Part shown: piece by piece, positions 8,312 to 20,131 of the stretch
Layout of the letters: every line of letters starts with the position of its first letter
Position numbering within the stretch: the first letter of the stretch is position 1
NCBI RefSeq assembly: GCF_000406145.1
Contig: NZ_CM001976.1
Span: forward strand, 1,057,263 to 1,089,262
Source of the DNA: Dickeya dadantii NCPPB 898
Lineage (GTDB): Bacteria; Pseudomonadota; Gammaproteobacteria; Enterobacterales; Enterobacteriaceae
Direction of reading: 5' to 3'
Length of the DNA stretch: 32,000 bases
Program-made: the position numbers and the translations under genes
Notes under the pieces: generated by a model
The model's input: the letters and a program-made list of their open reading frames with translations, nothing else
Told to the model about the DNA's origin: nothing
The model's database searches: none

Positions 8312-10993
8312 TTAAGAAGCTACTTTATCGTTTGGGTCGAGGGCTTCTGTCAACCGTTGTTGCAACTTAAGCCGTAATTCGGGGCTTAATGCCCGTCTTT
8401 CGCTATCCGCCAGAATAAACAGGTCTTCTACCCGTTCGCCGATGGTGGAAATACGGGCGCCGTGCAGCGACAGATTAAGGTCGGCGAACACTTCACCCAC
8501 CCGCGCCAGCAGGCCGGGTTGATCGAGCGCGATCAGCTCCATGTAGCTACGCCGGTCGGTATGCGTCGGCAGAAAACCGACTTCCGTCGGCACGCTGAAG
8601 TGTCGCAGGCGTGAGGAGGGCCGGCGCACTCTCGGGTGCTGGTAATCCCGTTGGGTCAGCGCCTGCTCGATAGCGTGGCGGATCATGTCGTGCCGATCCG
8701 GCGCCAGCGGGCTGCCGTCCGGCTCCAGCACGATAAAGGTATCCATCGCCATGCCGTCGCGGCTGGTGAAGATCTGGGCGTCGTGCACGCTCAGGTTACG
8801 CCTGTCCAGTTCGCCGGCGACCGCGGCGAACAGATAAGGGCGGTCCGGGCTCCAGATAAAGATTTCGGTGCCGCCGCGGCTGGCCTGATGGCTGATCAGC
8901 ACCATCGGCTTGTTGACGTCATGCTCCAGTAGATGGCGAGCGTGCCAGGCCAGTTGATTGGGGGAATGGCGCAGGAAGTAGTCGGCGCGGCAGCGGCTCC
9001 AGATGTGGTGCAGCGCTTCTTCGTCGATATTGTCCATACGCAACAGCGCCAGCGCCTGCAACCGGTGATGACGCACCCGCTCGCGCAGGTCCGGCGAGTT
9101 CTGCATGCCGCGGCGCAGTTGTTTCTCGGTGGCGAAATACAATTCGCGCAGCAGGCTCTGTTTCCAACTGTTCCACAGCGTCTCATTGGTGGCGCAGATA
9201 TCCGCCACGGTCAGGTTCAGCAGATAGCGTAGCCGGGTTTCGCTTTGTACCTGTTCGGCGAATTGCTGGATCACCGCCGGGTCCTGAATGTCGCGGCGTT
9301 GCGCGGTGACCGACATCAACAGATGACAGCGTACCAGCCAGGCCACCAATTGGGTTTCCCGCGAGTTCAACCCGTGCAGCACGGCGAACTCCAGCGCGTC
9401 TTTGGCGCCCAGTTCCGAGTGGTCGCCGCCGCGCCCTTTGGCGATGTCGTGGAACAACGCCGCCAGCAGCAACAATTCCGGCTGCGGCAACCGTGGATAC
9501 AGTTCCACGCACAGCGGATGCGATGCGCGGGTGGCTTCTTCGGTAAAACTTTCCAGTTTCAGCAATACCCGGATGGTGTGCTCATCCACGGTATAGGCGT
9601 GGAACAGGTCAAACTGCATCTGCCCGACGATATTGCCCCACAACGGCATATAGGCCCATAGCACGCTGTGGGTGTGCATCGGCAGCAAGGCCCGGCTGAC
9701 GGCACGCGGATGGCGCAAAATATTCATGAACAGGTTGCGCGCTTCCGGGATGGTGCACAGCGGCTGGGTCAGATGCCGGCGCGCATGGCGCAAGTGGCGC
9801 AATGTGGTTGAATAGATGCCGGTGATTTCCTGATTGCGCACCATCAGGTAGAACATGCGGATAATGGCTTCGGGTTTGTGCTCGAACAGGGTTTCGTCAC
9901 GCAGGTCGATAAGCTGGCCGCGCAACTGGAATTCCTCATCCAGCGGGCGGGGTTTCTCGCTGGCATCCAACGCCAGAATGGCTTCGTCGAACAGTTGCAG
10001 CAACATCTGATTGAGTTCGCCCACCCGACGCGTCATACGGTAGAAGTCTTTCATCATGTGTTCTACCGGCGCGTTGCCTTCGCCCTGATACTGCAGCAGT
10101 TGCGCTACATTGAGCTGGCGGTCGAACAACAGGCGGTTATCGTAACGTGGCAGGATCGAATGCAGAGCGAAGCGAATGCGCCACAGAAAACTCTGGCATT
10201 CGTTCAGTTCATTGCGCTCGGCTTCGGTCAGAAAACCGAACCCTACCATTTCGTTGAGCGACGTGGCGCCAAAATGGCGGCGTGCGACCCACAGCAGAGT
10301 GTGGATATCCCGCAGCCCGCCGGGGCTGCTTTTGATGTCCGGCTCCAGATTGTAACTGGTGCTATGGTAGCGCTGATGGCGTTCCCGCTGCTCGGCGATC
10401 TTGGCGGGGAAAAAGGTTTCCGAGGGCCAGAACGCGTCGCTGAAAATGTGTTTTTGCAGCATCAGGAACAGCGCCACGTCCCCGCAAATCATGCGGGATT
10501 CGATCAGGTTGGTGGCGACGGAAATATCCGCCCGGCCTTCTTCCAGACATTCGTCCAGCGTGCGCACGCTGTGGCCGACTTCCAGCCGCAGGTCCCACAG
10601 CAATGTGATAAAGGTGCCGATAGCCTGTGACTGAGCATCCGTCAGCTTGTGTTGGCTCAGGACCAGCAGGTCGATATCCGATAGCGGGTGTAATTCCCCG
10701 CGCCCGTAGCCGCCTACCGCCACCAGCGCGGTTTGCGGCACACGCTCAAAACCGTAAAAGCGCCATAGCCGTTGCATCAGGTGATCGATAAACAGCGTGC
10801 GGGCATCGATCAACGCTTCCGCGCTGACGCCGGCTTTGAATTCCTCCGTCAACCAACTCTGGAACTGTTCCAGATGGGTTTTCAGCGTCTGGCATTTCAG
10901 CATGTCGTCCGTGAAGGTGAGGGGAGAAGCCGGTGCCGGGTGAACCGTGGTGGTGGAACCGGGAGTATCGTGCGGAAGGTCTCTGTCGATCAT
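8312..10993 (-). CDS. glnD: Bifunctional uridylyltransferase/uridylyl-removing enzyme GlnD
   Basis: 893 aa against 890 in E. coli. Long identical stretches include [40 protein letters not shown], the HD-domain [13 protein letters not shown] and the C-terminal ACT region. The N-terminal 40 aa or so are divergent, as is usual. Confidence 0.95.
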   Translation of the reverse strand: MIDRDLPHDTPGSTTTVHPAPASPLTFTDDMLKCQTLKTHLEQFQSWLTEEFKAGVSAEALIDARTLFIDHLMQRLWRFYGFERVPQTALVAVGGYGRGELHPLSDIDLLVLSQHKLTDAQSQAIGTFITLLWDLRLEVGHSVRTLDECLEEGRADISVATNLIESRMICGDVALFLMLQKHIFSDAFWPSETFFPAKIAEQRERHQRYHSTSYNLEPDIKSSPGGLRDIHTLLWVARRHFGATSLNEMVGFGFLTEAERNELNECQSFLWRIRFALHSILPRYDNRLLFDRQLNVAQLLQYQGEGNAPVEHMMKDFYRMTRRVGELNQMLLQLFDEAILALDASEKPRPLDEEFQLRGQLIDLRDETLFEHKPEAIIRMFYLMVRNQEITGIYSTTLRHLRHARRHLTQPLCTIPEARNLFMNILRHPRAVSRALLPMHTHSVLWAYMPLWGNIVGQMQFDLFHAYTVDEHTIRVLLKLESFTEEATRASHPLCVELYPRLPQPELLLLAALFHDIAKGRGGDHSELGAKDALEFAVLHGLNSRETQLVAWLVRCHLLMSVTAQRRDIQDPAVIQQFAEQVQSETRLRYLLNLTVADICATNETLWNSWKQSLLRELYFATEKQLRRGMQNSPDLRERVRHHRLQALALLRMDNIDEEALHHIWSRCRADYFLRHSPNQLAWHARHLLEHDVNKPMVLISHQASRGGTEIFIWSPDRPYLFAAVAGELDRRNLSVHDAQIFTSRDGMAMDTFIVLEPDGSPLAPDRHDMIRHAIEQALTQRDYQHPRVRRPSSRLRHFSVPTEVGFLPTHTDRRSYMELIALDQPGLLARVGEVFADLNLSLHGARISTIGERVEDLFILADSERRALSPELRLKLQQRLTEALDPNDKVAS

Positions 10994-11013
10994 AGTTGCG
11001 CCACCATAACCAT

Positions 11014-11038
11014 AAAAAAAGCCGGCATCAGCCGGCTT
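11014..11038 (-). terminator. Rho-independent terminator of map
   Basis: The minus strand reads AAGCCGGC-TGAT-GCCGGCTT followed by TTTTTTT (plus-strand A-run 11014-11020). It begins 8 nt after the map stop and ends 20 nt before the glnD ATG. Confidence 0.8.
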
Positions 11039-11046
11039 ATGTTCAA

Positions 11047-11841
11047 TTATTCCTGATGCGTGATGATGTTGGGGATGGTGTCATCCTTACGCAACGTCAT
11101 TATTTCGCAGCCGTTTTCAGTTACCACAATAGTATGCTCGTATTGTGCCGACAAGCTGCGATCCTTGGTTTTTACCGTCCAGCCGTCTTTCATGGTGCGG
11201 ATGCGGTAATCGCCGGCGTTGACCATTGGCTCCACGGTAAACGCCATGCCCGGCTGCAGTACCATGCCGCCGTCGTCGGCGTCATAGTGCAGCACCTGCG
11301 GCTCTTCATGGAAACCGCGGCCGATGCCATGACCGCAGTACTCGCGCACGACGGAGAAATCCTGCGCTTCCACATATTTCTGGATTTCGCGGCCCAGCGT
11401 GCGCAACCGGACGCCCGGTTTAATCATCCGCAGCGCCAGATACAGGCTTTCCTGAGTAACCTTGCACAGGCGTTCCCCCAGAATGGTCGGTTTGCCGACA
11501 ATGAACATTTTGGAGGTGTCGCCGTGAAAATCGTCTTTAATTACCGTAACGTCGATGTTGACGATATCGCCGTCTTTGAGGATTTTTTCGTCGCTCGGAA
11601 TGCCGTGGCACACTACTTCGTTGACGGAGATGCAGACGGATTTCGGAAAGCCGTGATAGCCGAGGCTGGCGGAAACCGCGTTTTGCTTGTTGGTGATGTG
11701 GTCATGACAGAGGCGGTCCAGCTCGCCGGTGCTCACGCCCGGCACCACGTGCGGTTCGATGATTTCCAGCACTTCCGCCGCCAAACGGCCGGCCACACGC
11801 ATTTTTTCGATATCTTCAGAGGTTTTGATTGAGATTGCCAT
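11047..11841 (-). CDS. map: Methionine aminopeptidase (type I)
   Basis: 264 aa. [26 protein letters not shown] is near-identical to E. coli Map at the same length. Confidence 0.95.
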   Translation of the reverse strand: MAISIKTSEDIEKMRVAGRLAAEVLEIIEPHVVPGVSTGELDRLCHDHITNKQNAVSASLGYHGFPKSVCISVNEVVCHGIPSDEKILKDGDIVNIDVTVIKDDFHGDTSKMFIVGKPTILGERLCKVTQESLYLALRMIKPGVRLRTLGREIQKYVEAQDFSVVREYCGHGIGRGFHEEPQVLHYDADDGGMVLQPGMAFTVEPMVNAGDYRIRTMKDGWTVKTKDRSLSAQYEHTIVVTENGCEIMTLRKDDTIPNIITHQE

Positions 11842-11993
11842 TGAATTCAGTCCACAGGTATCGCCTTTGCCGGCGAAAGAGGGTCGATAAATAGTGATTT
11901 ATGGTATCAGCCCTGCCTGACACTGCCAAATCATCATTCCGTCATGGGAGTGTCATCGGGGATGTGGCGCACGGCGCTAGAATGCAACAAAAG

Positions 11994-12023
11994 TTGGTGT
12001 CCGGGGGCGGTTTATGGTATAAA
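11994..12023 (+). promoter_or_regulatory. rpsB promoter with extended -10
   Basis: TGgTATAAA at 12015-12023 is a TGn extended -10. A TTGGTG -35-like hexamer lies at 11994-11999, giving an 18-nt spacer. I recall an extended -10 (TGTGGTATAAA-like) described for E. coli rpsB. Confidence 0.6.
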
Positions 12024-12029
12024 GCGCGC

Positions 12030-12934
<905 letters not shown>

Positions 12935-12986
12935 TAAGGCCAGCTCTGTTGAGCCCTTATTAACCAGGTATTGACATATGTTGGTT

Positions 12987-13012
12987 AGGGGGCCTTGTCA
13001 GGCCCCCTTTTT
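12987..13012 (+). terminator. Hairpin plus T-run in the rpsB-tsf spacer, probably a partial terminator or attenuator
   Basis: AGGGGGCC (12987-12994), a TTGTCA loop and GGCCCCCT (13001-13008) are followed by TTTT (13009-12). tsf still lies downstream in the same operon, so termination must be partial. Confidence 0.6.
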
Positions 13013-13059
13013 ACTTATCTCTTACTTATCTCCGCCACGAGATAACCGAGGAAAAGATA

Positions 13060-13917
13060 ATGGCTGAAATTACCGCTGCCCTGGTAAAAGAACTGCGCGA
13101 ACGTACCGGCGCAGGCATGATGGAATGTAAAAAAGCTCTGGTTGAAGCTAATGGCGACATCGAGCTGGCAATCGACAACATGCGTAAATCCGGCCAGGCT
13201 AAAGCTGCGAAAAAAGCAGGCCGCGTTGCCGCTGAAGGCGTGATCCTGACCAAAATTGCCGCTGACGGCAAATACGGCGTCATCGTTGAACTGAACTGCG
13301 AAACCGACTTCGTAGCAAAAGACGCCGGCTTCAAAGCGTTTGGCGAAGAAGTTATCGCCGCCGCGCTGAACGAACGCATCACTGATGTTGAAGTTCTGAA
13401 AGCGAAATTCGAAGAACAGCGCACCGCGCTGGTAGCGAAAATCGGTGAAAACATCAACATTCGTCGTATCGCTGTGCAGACTGGCGACGCGCTGGGTTCT
13501 TACATGCACGGCGCTCGTATCGGCGTTATGGTTGCCGCTACCGGTGCTGACGAAGAGCTGATCAAGCACGTTGCCATGCACATCGCCGCCAGCAAACCGG
13601 AATACGTTAATGCTGAAGACGTACCGGCTGACGTAGTTGCCCGCGAGCATCAGATCCAGCTGGACATCGCCATGCAGTCCGGCAAGCCGCGCGAAATCGC
13701 TGAGAAAATGGTTGAAGGCCGTATGCGCAAGTTCACCGGCGAGATCTCTCTGACCGGTCAGAATTTCGTAATGGACCCGAACAAAACCGTTGGTCAACTG
13801 CTGAAAGAGCACAATGCTTCTGTAAGCACGTTCATCCGCTACGAAGTGGGTGAAGGCATTGAAAAAGCTGAAGTTGACTTTGCTGCTGAAGTCGCAGCAA
13901 TGAGCAAGCAGTCTTAA
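13060..13917 (+). CDS. tsf: Elongation factor Ts
   Basis: 285 aa. [38 protein letters not shown] matches E. coli EF-Ts (283 aa). Confidence 0.97.
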   Translation: MAEITAALVKELRERTGAGMMECKKALVEANGDIELAIDNMRKSGQAKAAKKAGRVAAEGVILTKIAADGKYGVIVELNCETDFVAKDAGFKAFGEEVIAAALNERITDVEVLKAKFEEQRTALVAKIGENINIRRIAVQTGDALGSYMHGARIGVMVAATGADEELIKHVAMHIAASKPEYVNAEDVPADVVAREHQIQLDIAMQSGKPREIAEKMVEGRMRKFTGEISLTGQNFVMDPNKTVGQLLKEHNASVSTFIRYEVGEGIEKAEVDFAAEVAAMSKQS

Positions 13918-13924
13918 TAAAAAA

Positions 13925-13951
13925 GGAGCCGCCAGTTGGCGGTTCCTTTTT
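13925..13951 (+). terminator. Rho-independent terminator of rpsB-tsf
   Basis: GGAGCCGCC (13925-13933), an AGTT loop and GGCGGTTCC (13938-13946) form 9 bp including one G-U pair. TTTTT follows at 13947-13951. Confidence 0.85.
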
Positions 13952-14088
13952 ATCCAGCCAAGCTATTCGCGATACCCGTAATTCGTGGTACAAGCAATTT
14001 CATGGCATCTGGCAACCCCGTCTGCGGCGCGCCGGGTGCGGCAGTAATAACCCCCAGTACGATGACAGCCTGTTAGGACAAGAACACC

Positions 14089-14820
14089 ATGGCAACCAAC
14101 GCAAAACCCGTATATCAACGTATCCTGCTGAAGCTGAGTGGCGAAGCGCTGCAGGGAGCTGAAGGTTTCGGTATCGATGCGAGCATCCTCGATCGTATGG
14201 CCCAGGAAGTGAAGGAACTGGTTGAGCTGGGCATTCAGGTCGGTGTGGTGATCGGCGGCGGCAACCTGTTCCGCGGCGCCGGTCTGGCCAAAGCAGGCAT
14301 GAACCGTGTGGTGGGTGATCATATGGGGATGTTGGCTACCGTCATGAACGGTCTGGCGATGCGTGATTCGCTGCATCGTGCTTATGTCAACGCCCGCCTG
14401 ATGTCAGCCATTCCACTCAATGGCGTGTGTGATAATTACAGCTGGGCTGAAGCCATCAGCCTGCTGCGCAACAACCGCGTGGTGATTTTCTCCGCCGGTA
14501 CCGGCAACCCCTTCTTTACTACCGACTCCGCAGCTTGCCTGCGCGGGATTGAAATCGAGGCGGATGTGGTGTTGAAAGCCACCAAAGTGGACGGCGTATT
14601 CTCGGCTGATCCGGTTAAGGACCCCAACGCGACGCTCTATGAATCGCTGAGCTACCAGGAAGTGCTGGAGCGCGAACTCAAAGTGATGGATCTGGCGGCC
14701 TTCACGCTGGCGCGTGACCACAATCTGCCGATCCGGGTGTTCAATATGAATAAGCCGGGCGCGCTGCGTCGCGTCGTGATGGGCGAAAAAGAAGGGACGT
14801 TGATCAGTAATAACGGCTGA
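14089..14820 (+). CDS. pyrH: UMP kinase
   Basis: 243 aa. [23 protein letters not shown] matches E. coli PyrH (241 aa). Confidence 0.96.
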   Translation: MATNAKPVYQRILLKLSGEALQGAEGFGIDASILDRMAQEVKELVELGIQVGVVIGGGNLFRGAGLAKAGMNRVVGDHMGMLATVMNGLAMRDSLHRAYVNARLMSAIPLNGVCDNYSWAEAISLLRNNRVVIFSAGTGNPFFTTDSAACLRGIEIEADVVLKATKVDGVFSADPVKDPNATLYESLSYQEVLERELKVMDLAAFTLARDHNLPIRVFNMNKPGALRRVVMGEKEGTLISNNG

Positions 14821-14962
14821 CGTCTAATTTAAGGTAATATCTTGTTTTGGTGACACAAGATTGCGCCATACATTGCCAGCCTGCCGCTGGTAATCAATGA
14901 TTCGCTGGGTCATGCAAGCCGCGCGTGACCTGACTGGCAACCAGTTTTCAAGGGTTCACAAC

Positions 14963-15520
14963 GTGATTAATGAAATCAGAAAAGACGCTGAAACGCGCAT
15001 GGACAAATGCGTAGAAGCTTTCAAGAACCAGATCAGCAAAGTGCGTACTGGCCGCGCGTCCCCCAGTCTTCTGGACGGCATTCATGTGGAATATTACGGT
15101 AGCGCAACCCCGTTACGCCAGTTAGCCAACATTGTGGTGGAAGACACGCGTACGCTGGCTGTCACCGTATTTGACCGGACGTTGGGCCCGGCGGTGGAAA
15201 AAGCCATCATGGCATCCGACCTGGGTCTCAACCCGATGTCTGCCGGTACGGTTATCCGTGTTCCGCTGCCGCCGCTGACGGAAGAACGCCGTAAAGACCT
15301 GATCAAGGTAGTGCGCGGTGAAGCCGAGCAGAGCCGTGTGGCGGTGCGTAACGTTCGTCGCGACGCTAACGACAAGTTGAAGGCGCAACTGAAAGAGAAG
15401 ACCATCAGCGAAGATGATGAACGCCGTTCTCAGGACGATGTTCAGAAGCTCACTGACAGCTTTATCAAGAAGATCGATGCCGTTCTGGCCGAGAAAGAAA
15501 AAGAACTGATGGATTTCTGA
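14963..15520 (+). CDS. frr: Ribosome recycling factor
   Basis: The track ORF starts at ATG 14897. GTG 14963 gives (M)[20 protein letters not shown] and 185 aa, exactly the length of E. coli Frr, whose gene I also recall starting with GTG. Confidence 0.9.
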   Translation: MINEIRKDAETRMDKCVEAFKNQISKVRTGRASPSLLDGIHVEYYGSATPLRQLANIVVEDTRTLAVTVFDRTLGPAVEKAIMASDLGLNPMSAGTVIRVPLPPLTEERRKDLIKVVRGEAEQSRVAVRNVRRDANDKLKAQLKEKTISEDDERRSQDDVQKLTDSFIKKIDAVLAEKEKELMDF

Positions 15521-15538
15521 TCCGTCAGTCAGGCACAG

Positions 15539-15590
15539 CGCCGCGGCAGGTGCAGGGTCAGGCCCGCGCCTCCTGCGGCGTTTTGCTTTT
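15539..15590 (+). terminator. GC-rich structure plus T-tract after frr
   Basis: CGCCGC (15539-15544) pairs with GCGGCG (15575-15580), with additional inner pairing. TTTTGCTTTT follows at 15581-15590. Confidence 0.55.
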
Positions 15591-15719
15591 CAGCTTTTGG
15601 ATGCGAGATGTTTTGCGTAACGCCGCGCATTTTCACACCAGCCTTATCGACAGGTCGGCGCTGACGTTACAGACTGGCACCACGCCTGTTATCAAACTCA
15701 GCTTTATCAGGTCATATTC

Positions 15720-16913
15720 ATGAAGCAACTGACAATCCTCGGTTCTACCGGTTCTATTGGCGTCAGTTCCCTGTCCGTGGTCAGGGCCAATCCAGACAAA
15801 TTTTCCATAACGGCACTGGTTGCCGGACGCAATGTTTCCCTGATGGCTGAACAGTGCCTGGAGTTTTGCCCGGCATACGCCTCAATGGCAGACGAAGACG
15901 CTGCGCGCGAACTCCGTATCCGGTTAAGTGAAGCCGGTAGTCAGACAACCGTGCTGTCAGGCGAGAAGGCTGCCTGTGAGCTGGCGGCGCTGGACGAGGT
16001 CGATCAGGTGATGGCGGCGATTGTGGGAGCAGCCGGTTTGTTGCCGGCACTGTCGGCGATTCGCGCCGGCAAGCAGGTGCTGCTGGCCAATAAAGAATCT
16101 CTGGTGACCTGCGGCCGCCTGTTTATGGACGAGGTATCGAAGAACGGGGCGCAACTGTTGCCGGTTGATAGTGAGCACAGCGCCATTTTTCAGAGTTTAC
16201 CTGAGCCAATCCAACGGCAACTGGGATATGCTTCCCTGAAGCAATACGGGGTTGAGCGGGTTGTGCTGACCGGTTCAGGTGGGCCATTCCGCGAGATTCC
16301 GTTTGCCGCATTGGATTGCGTCACCCCTGATCAGGCGTGCGCCCATCCAAACTGGTCTATGGGGCGAAAAATTTCGGTGGATTCCGCCACCATGATGAAT
16401 AAGGGACTGGAATATATCGAGGCGCGCTGGCTGTTTAACGCCTCGGAAGCACAGATGGAAGTGGTTATCCATCCTCAATCAGTCATCCATTCCATGGTGC
16501 GTTACCGGGATGGCAGTGTGTTGGCGCAATTGGGTACGCCCGATATGCGGACCCCCATAGCCTATGCGATGGCTTATCCCGAGCGTGTTTTTTCCGGTGC
16601 GCCGGCGCTTGATTTCTGCCGGTTAGGGGCTTTGACCTTCTCTGCGCCGGATTTCCAGCGCTACCCCTGTTTGCGTCTGGCGATCGACGCATGCAACCAA
16701 GGGCAGGCCGCCACCACGGCGCTCAATGCGGCAAATGAAATTGCGGTTGCGGCATTTTTACAATCCGGTATCCGTTTTACCGATATTGCCGCAGTCAATC
16801 AGAGCGTGATGGAACAATTGACATTACCTGAGCCGCAAAGCGTTGATGATGTATTGTCTATCGATACCTGGGCAAGACAAGCCGCAGAAAATGTATTGCG
16901 GCGTTATCAGTAA
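15720..16913 (+). CDS. dxr: 1-deoxy-D-xylulose 5-phosphate reductoisomerase
   Basis: 397 aa. [18 protein letters not shown] and LANKESLV motifs; E. coli Dxr is 398 aa. Confidence 0.96.
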   Translation: MKQLTILGSTGSIGVSSLSVVRANPDKFSITALVAGRNVSLMAEQCLEFCPAYASMADEDAARELRIRLSEAGSQTTVLSGEKAACELAALDEVDQVMAAIVGAAGLLPALSAIRAGKQVLLANKESLVTCGRLFMDEVSKNGAQLLPVDSEHSAIFQSLPEPIQRQLGYASLKQYGVERVVLTGSGGPFREIPFAALDCVTPDQACAHPNWSMGRKISVDSATMMNKGLEYIEARWLFNASEAQMEVVIHPQSVIHSMVRYRDGSVLAQLGTPDMRTPIAYAMAYPERVFSGAPALDFCRLGALTFSAPDFQRYPCLRLAIDACNQGQAATTALNAANEIAVAAFLQSGIRFTDIAAVNQSVMEQLTLPEPQSVDDVLSIDTWARQAAENVLRRYQ

Positions 16914-16929
16914 CCTTACGCTGGTGTGT

Positions 16930-16958
16930 TTGTTCACATGCGCCTGAAATGGTATAGT
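16930..16958 (+). promoter_or_regulatory. Candidate sigma70 promoter with extended -10 just after the dxr stop
   Basis: TGgTATAGT at 16950-16958 is an extended -10. A weak TTGTTC -35 lies at 16930-16935 with a 17-nt spacer. This is a sequence-pattern prediction only. Confidence 0.4.
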
Positions 16959-17005
16959 CTGCGCCGCTTGATGCAGGTGGTTATTAATAAAAGCCACGGT
17001 GATGG

Positions 17006-17031
17006 AAGGCTGTGTGTTCACAGCTTTTTTT
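17006..17031 (+). terminator. Intrinsic terminator in the dxr-uppS spacer
   Basis: GCTGTG (17009-17014), a TGTT loop and CACAGC (17019-17024) are extendable by flanking A-T pairs. TTTTTTT follows at 17025-17031. Confidence 0.7.
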
Positions 17032-17094
17032 ATGCTGTCAGGTTTGGCTGCGACTGGATAATCATTTTCTTGCTCGAGGAAATCAATACACGCT

Positions 17095-17856
17095 ATGCCC
17101 TCCGAAAATCAACACGGTAGTCAGAAGTTGTTACCTAACGGCCCGCGCCATGTAGCGATAATCATGGATGGCAATGGCCGCTGGGCTAAACAGAGGGGAA
17201 AGCTGCGGATCTTCGGTCATCAGGCGGGAGTGAAGTCAGTACGCCGTGCGATCAGTTATGCGGTCGGCCAGAACCTTGAAGCACTGACGTTATATGCGTT
17301 CAGCAGCGAAAACTGGAATCGTCCGGCGCAGGAGGTCTCCGCGCTGATGCAGTTGTTTGTGCGCGTGCTGGATAGCGAAGTCAAGAACCTGCACAAGCAC
17401 AATGTCCGTCTAAGAGTTATCGGTGATATCAGTCGCTTCAGTAGTCGATTGCAGGAACTTATTCGCCGCTCGGAGGCCGTGACGGAAAATAATACTGGTC
17501 TTACCCTGAATATTGCCGCGAATTATGGCGGGCGTTGGGATATTATCCACGGGGTCAGAAAAATCGCCGAACAGGTTCAGGAAGGGCTGCTGCGTCCTGA
17601 TACCATTGATGAGTCGACTCTGAGTCGTTACATGTGCTTGAACGATCTGGCTCCGGTTGATCTGCTAATAAGAACCAGTGGGGAACATCGCATCAGCAAT
17701 TTTCTGCTGTGGCAGATTGCGTATGCAGAACTCTATTTTACCGATGTTCTCTGGCCGGATTTTGACGAACAAACCTTTGAAGGTGCCATTCATGCCTTTA
17801 CTCAACGTGAGCGTCGCTTTGGGGGAACCACGCCTGACGATGCGAGCGCATCGTAG
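17095..17856 (+). CDS. uppS: Ditrans,polycis-undecaprenyl-diphosphate synthase
   Basis: 253 aa, the same as E. coli UppS/Isp[15 protein letters not shown] and [11 protein letters not shown] motifs are present. Confidence 0.95.
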   Translation: MPSENQHGSQKLLPNGPRHVAIIMDGNGRWAKQRGKLRIFGHQAGVKSVRRAISYAVGQNLEALTLYAFSSENWNRPAQEVSALMQLFVRVLDSEVKNLHKHNVRLRVIGDISRFSSRLQELIRRSEAVTENNTGLTLNIAANYGGRWDIIHGVRKIAEQVQEGLLRPDTIDESTLSRYMCLNDLAPVDLLIRTSGEHRISNFLLWQIAYAELYFTDVLWPDFDEQTFEGAIHAFTQRERRFGGTTPDDASAS

Positions 17857-17865
17857 GGGGTATTT

Positions 17866-18720
17866 TTGCTGAAGTATCGCCTGATTACTGCGCTGATTCT
17901 TATTCCTTTGGTTATTGCGGCGCTTTTTTTCCTGCCGCCGTTGGTTTTCTCTCTGGTGACGCTGGCCGTGTGCATGCTGGCCGCCTGGGAGTGGGGGCAA
18001 CTGGCTGGTTTGGTTTCTTACACACAGCGAATCTGGCTGTCCATCGCCTGCGGCTTCGTACTGGCGGCGATGTTGCTGAGTCTGCCTGATTATCACTATT
18101 CCGTTGCGCTTGCGCCGGTTTGCCTTCTCTGGCTTTCCCTTGCCTGGTGGAGCGTGGCGTTGCTGATGGTGCTGTTTTATCCGTCTTCCGCTGCGCTGTG
18201 GCGCCATTCCCGCGTACTGCGTCTGTGTTTTGGCCTGTTGACCATTGTGCCTTTTTTCTGGGGTATGGTGGCGCTGCGTCAGTTCGAATATGAAACCAAC
18301 CCTTTTAGCGGCGCCTGGTGGTTGTTGTATGTAATGGTGTTGGTTTGGGGTGCCGATAGCGGCGCTTATCTGTTCGGCAAACTGTTTGGCCGGCATAAGC
18401 TGGCGCCGAAGGTCTCGCCGGGGAAAACCTGGGAGGGATTTATCGGCGGGCTGGCAACGTCGGCGGTGATTGCGTTACTGTTTAGCCACTATGCGCCATT
18501 GTCTATTTCTACCTTTACCTTGCTGGTGTGTTCCGTCGTGGCGACGCTGGCTTCGGTACTGGGCGATCTGACTGAGAGCATGTTCAAGCGTGAGGCCGGT
18601 ATCAAGGACAGCAGTCACCTGATTCCGGGTCACGGTGGGATACTGGATCGTATTGACAGCCTGACCGCAGCCATACCGGTATTTGCCTGCCTGATGCTGT
18701 TGCTGTTCAAGGCCGTTTAG
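17866..18720 (+). CDS. cdsA: Phosphatidate cytidylyltransferase (CDP-diglyceride synthase)
   Basis: TTG start at 17866 gives MLKYRLITALILIPLVIAALF and 284 aa, which aligns to the E. coli CdsA N-terminus (285 aa). No in-frame ATG gives a full-length product. Confidence 0.92.
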   Translation: MLKYRLITALILIPLVIAALFFLPPLVFSLVTLAVCMLAAWEWGQLAGLVSYTQRIWLSIACGFVLAAMLLSLPDYHYSVALAPVCLLWLSLAWWSVALLMVLFYPSSAALWRHSRVLRLCFGLLTIVPFFWGMVALRQFEYETNPFSGAWWLLYVMVLVWGADSGAYLFGKLFGRHKLAPKVSPGKTWEGFIGGLATSAVIALLFSHYAPLSISTFTLLVCSVVATLASVLGDLTESMFKREAGIKDSSHLIPGHGGILDRIDSLTAAIPVFACLMLLLFKAV

Positions 18721-18741
18721 GAACACAGGTAGAGTCTGTTT

Positions 18742-20097
18742 ATGCTGAATATTCTCTGGAGCCTGGCTGCATTTATCGTCGCACTCGGTGTGCTGATCAC
18801 CGTGCACGAATTTGGGCATTTCTGGGTTGCCCGCCGTTGCGGCGTTCGTGTCGAACGGTTCTCCATCGGTTTCGGCAAGGCGCTATGGCGTCGCCGCGAC
18901 CGTCAGGGAACCGAGTATGTGATCGCGCTGATTCCGTTGGGCGGTTATGTGAAAATGCTGGATGGTCGGGTTGATGAGGTGCCGGCGGGGCTTCAGCATC
19001 AGGCATTCAATCATAAGACCGTCTGGCAACGGGCGGCGATTGTCAGCGCCGGGCCGATCGCCAACTTTATTTTTGCCGTTATCGCCTATTGGCTGGTGTT
19101 TATCATTGGCGTGCCGGGCGTCCGCCCGGTGGTTGGCGAGGTTTTACCCGGTTCGATTGCCGCGCAGGCTCAAATTTCGCCGGGGATGGAACTAAAGTCG
19201 ATTGATGGCATCGAAACGCCTGACTGGGATAGCGCGCGTTTGGCCCTGATCGGCAAGATTGGCGAACCCGACGTGGTGATTGAAACCGCGCCGTTGGGCG
19301 TCGCCAGAACCGAGAGTAAACGGCTTGAACTGCAAGACTGGCATTTCGATCCGGAAAGGCAGGATCCGGCGGTATCGCTGGGGATTGTGCCCAAAGGACC
19401 GCAGGTCGAAGCGGTACTGACGCAGGTGCAGCCGCGTTCTGCGGCTGAAAAAGCGGGTTTGCAAGTCGGGGACAGGATCGTTAAAGTCGATGGTCAACTG
19501 CTGGCTCGTTGGCAGCAGTTTGTCATTGCCGTGCGTGATAACCCAGGCAAGCCGATTACGCTGGAGGTGGAAAGAGGCGGAGATTCGCTGTCCGTTGCTC
19601 TGACGCCTGACAGCAAAACGGTGGGGAAGAACCGGCTGGAAGGGTTTGCTGGTGTGGTGCCGAAAGTCACCCCTTTGCCTGATGAGTACAAAACCGTGCG
19701 CCAGTATGGGCCGTTCAGCGCCATCTATGAAGCTGGGAATAAAACCTGGCTGCTGATGAAGCTGACGGTCAGTATGCTGGGTAAGCTGATTACCGGTGAC
19801 GTGAAGCTGAATAATCTGAGCGGCCCGATTTCCATCGCGCAGGGAGCAGGTATGTCAGCAGACTACGGATTGGTGTATTACCTGATGTTTTTGGCGTTGA
19901 TCAGCGTCAACCTGGGGATTATCAATCTGTTCCCTCTGCCAGTACTGGATGGTGGTCATCTGCTCTTTCTGGCGATTGAAAAGCTGAAGGGCGGACCGGT
20001 TTCCGAGCGTGTGCAGGACGTTAGCTATCGTATTGGCACGGTGTTGCTGATGATGTTAATGGGACTCGCACTTTTCAATGATTTCTCCCGCCTTTAG
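18742..20097 (+). CDS. rseP: Sigma-E protease RseP (site-2 zinc metalloprotease)
   Basis: 451 aa. The HEFGH zinc motif, two PDZ regions and the C-terminal [10 protein letters not shown] match E. coli RseP (450 aa). Confidence 0.96.
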   Translation: MLNILWSLAAFIVALGVLITVHEFGHFWVARRCGVRVERFSIGFGKALWRRRDRQGTEYVIALIPLGGYVKMLDGRVDEVPAGLQHQAFNHKTVWQRAAIVSAGPIANFIFAVIAYWLVFIIGVPGVRPVVGEVLPGSIAAQAQISPGMELKSIDGIETPDWDSARLALIGKIGEPDVVIETAPLGVARTESKRLELQDWHFDPERQDPAVSLGIVPKGPQVEAVLTQVQPRSAAEKAGLQVGDRIVKVDGQLLARWQQFVIAVRDNPGKPITLEVERGGDSLSVALTPDSKTVGKNRLEGFAGVVPKVTPLPDEYKTVRQYGPFSAIYEAGNKTWLLMKLTVSMLGKLITGDVKLNNLSGPISIAQGAGMSADYGLVYYLMFLALISVNLGIINLFPLPVLDGGHLLFLAIEKLKGGPVSERVQDVSYRIGTVLLMMLMGLALFNDFSRL

Positions 20098-20131
20098 GTG
20101 TGGAACAGGTTAGGAAAAACGCATAACAACG

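Noticed and set aside
16926-17120. 64-aa ORF spanning the dxr-uppS spacer and running into uppS, plus the 65-aa minus-strand ORF at 16824..17021
   Set aside because: Neither has an RBS. The plus-strand ORF reads straight through an intrinsic terminator and overlaps the uppS start out of frame. The amino-acid composition is implausible and no recognisable family is evident.
20098-20131. GGAACA motif upstream of bamA as a possible sigma-E -35 element
   Set aside because: No matching TCAAA/TCTGA-type -10 lies at the required spacing of about 16 nt. I could not find a convincing sigma-E promoter by eye anywhere in the rseP-bamA or bamA-skp spacers.
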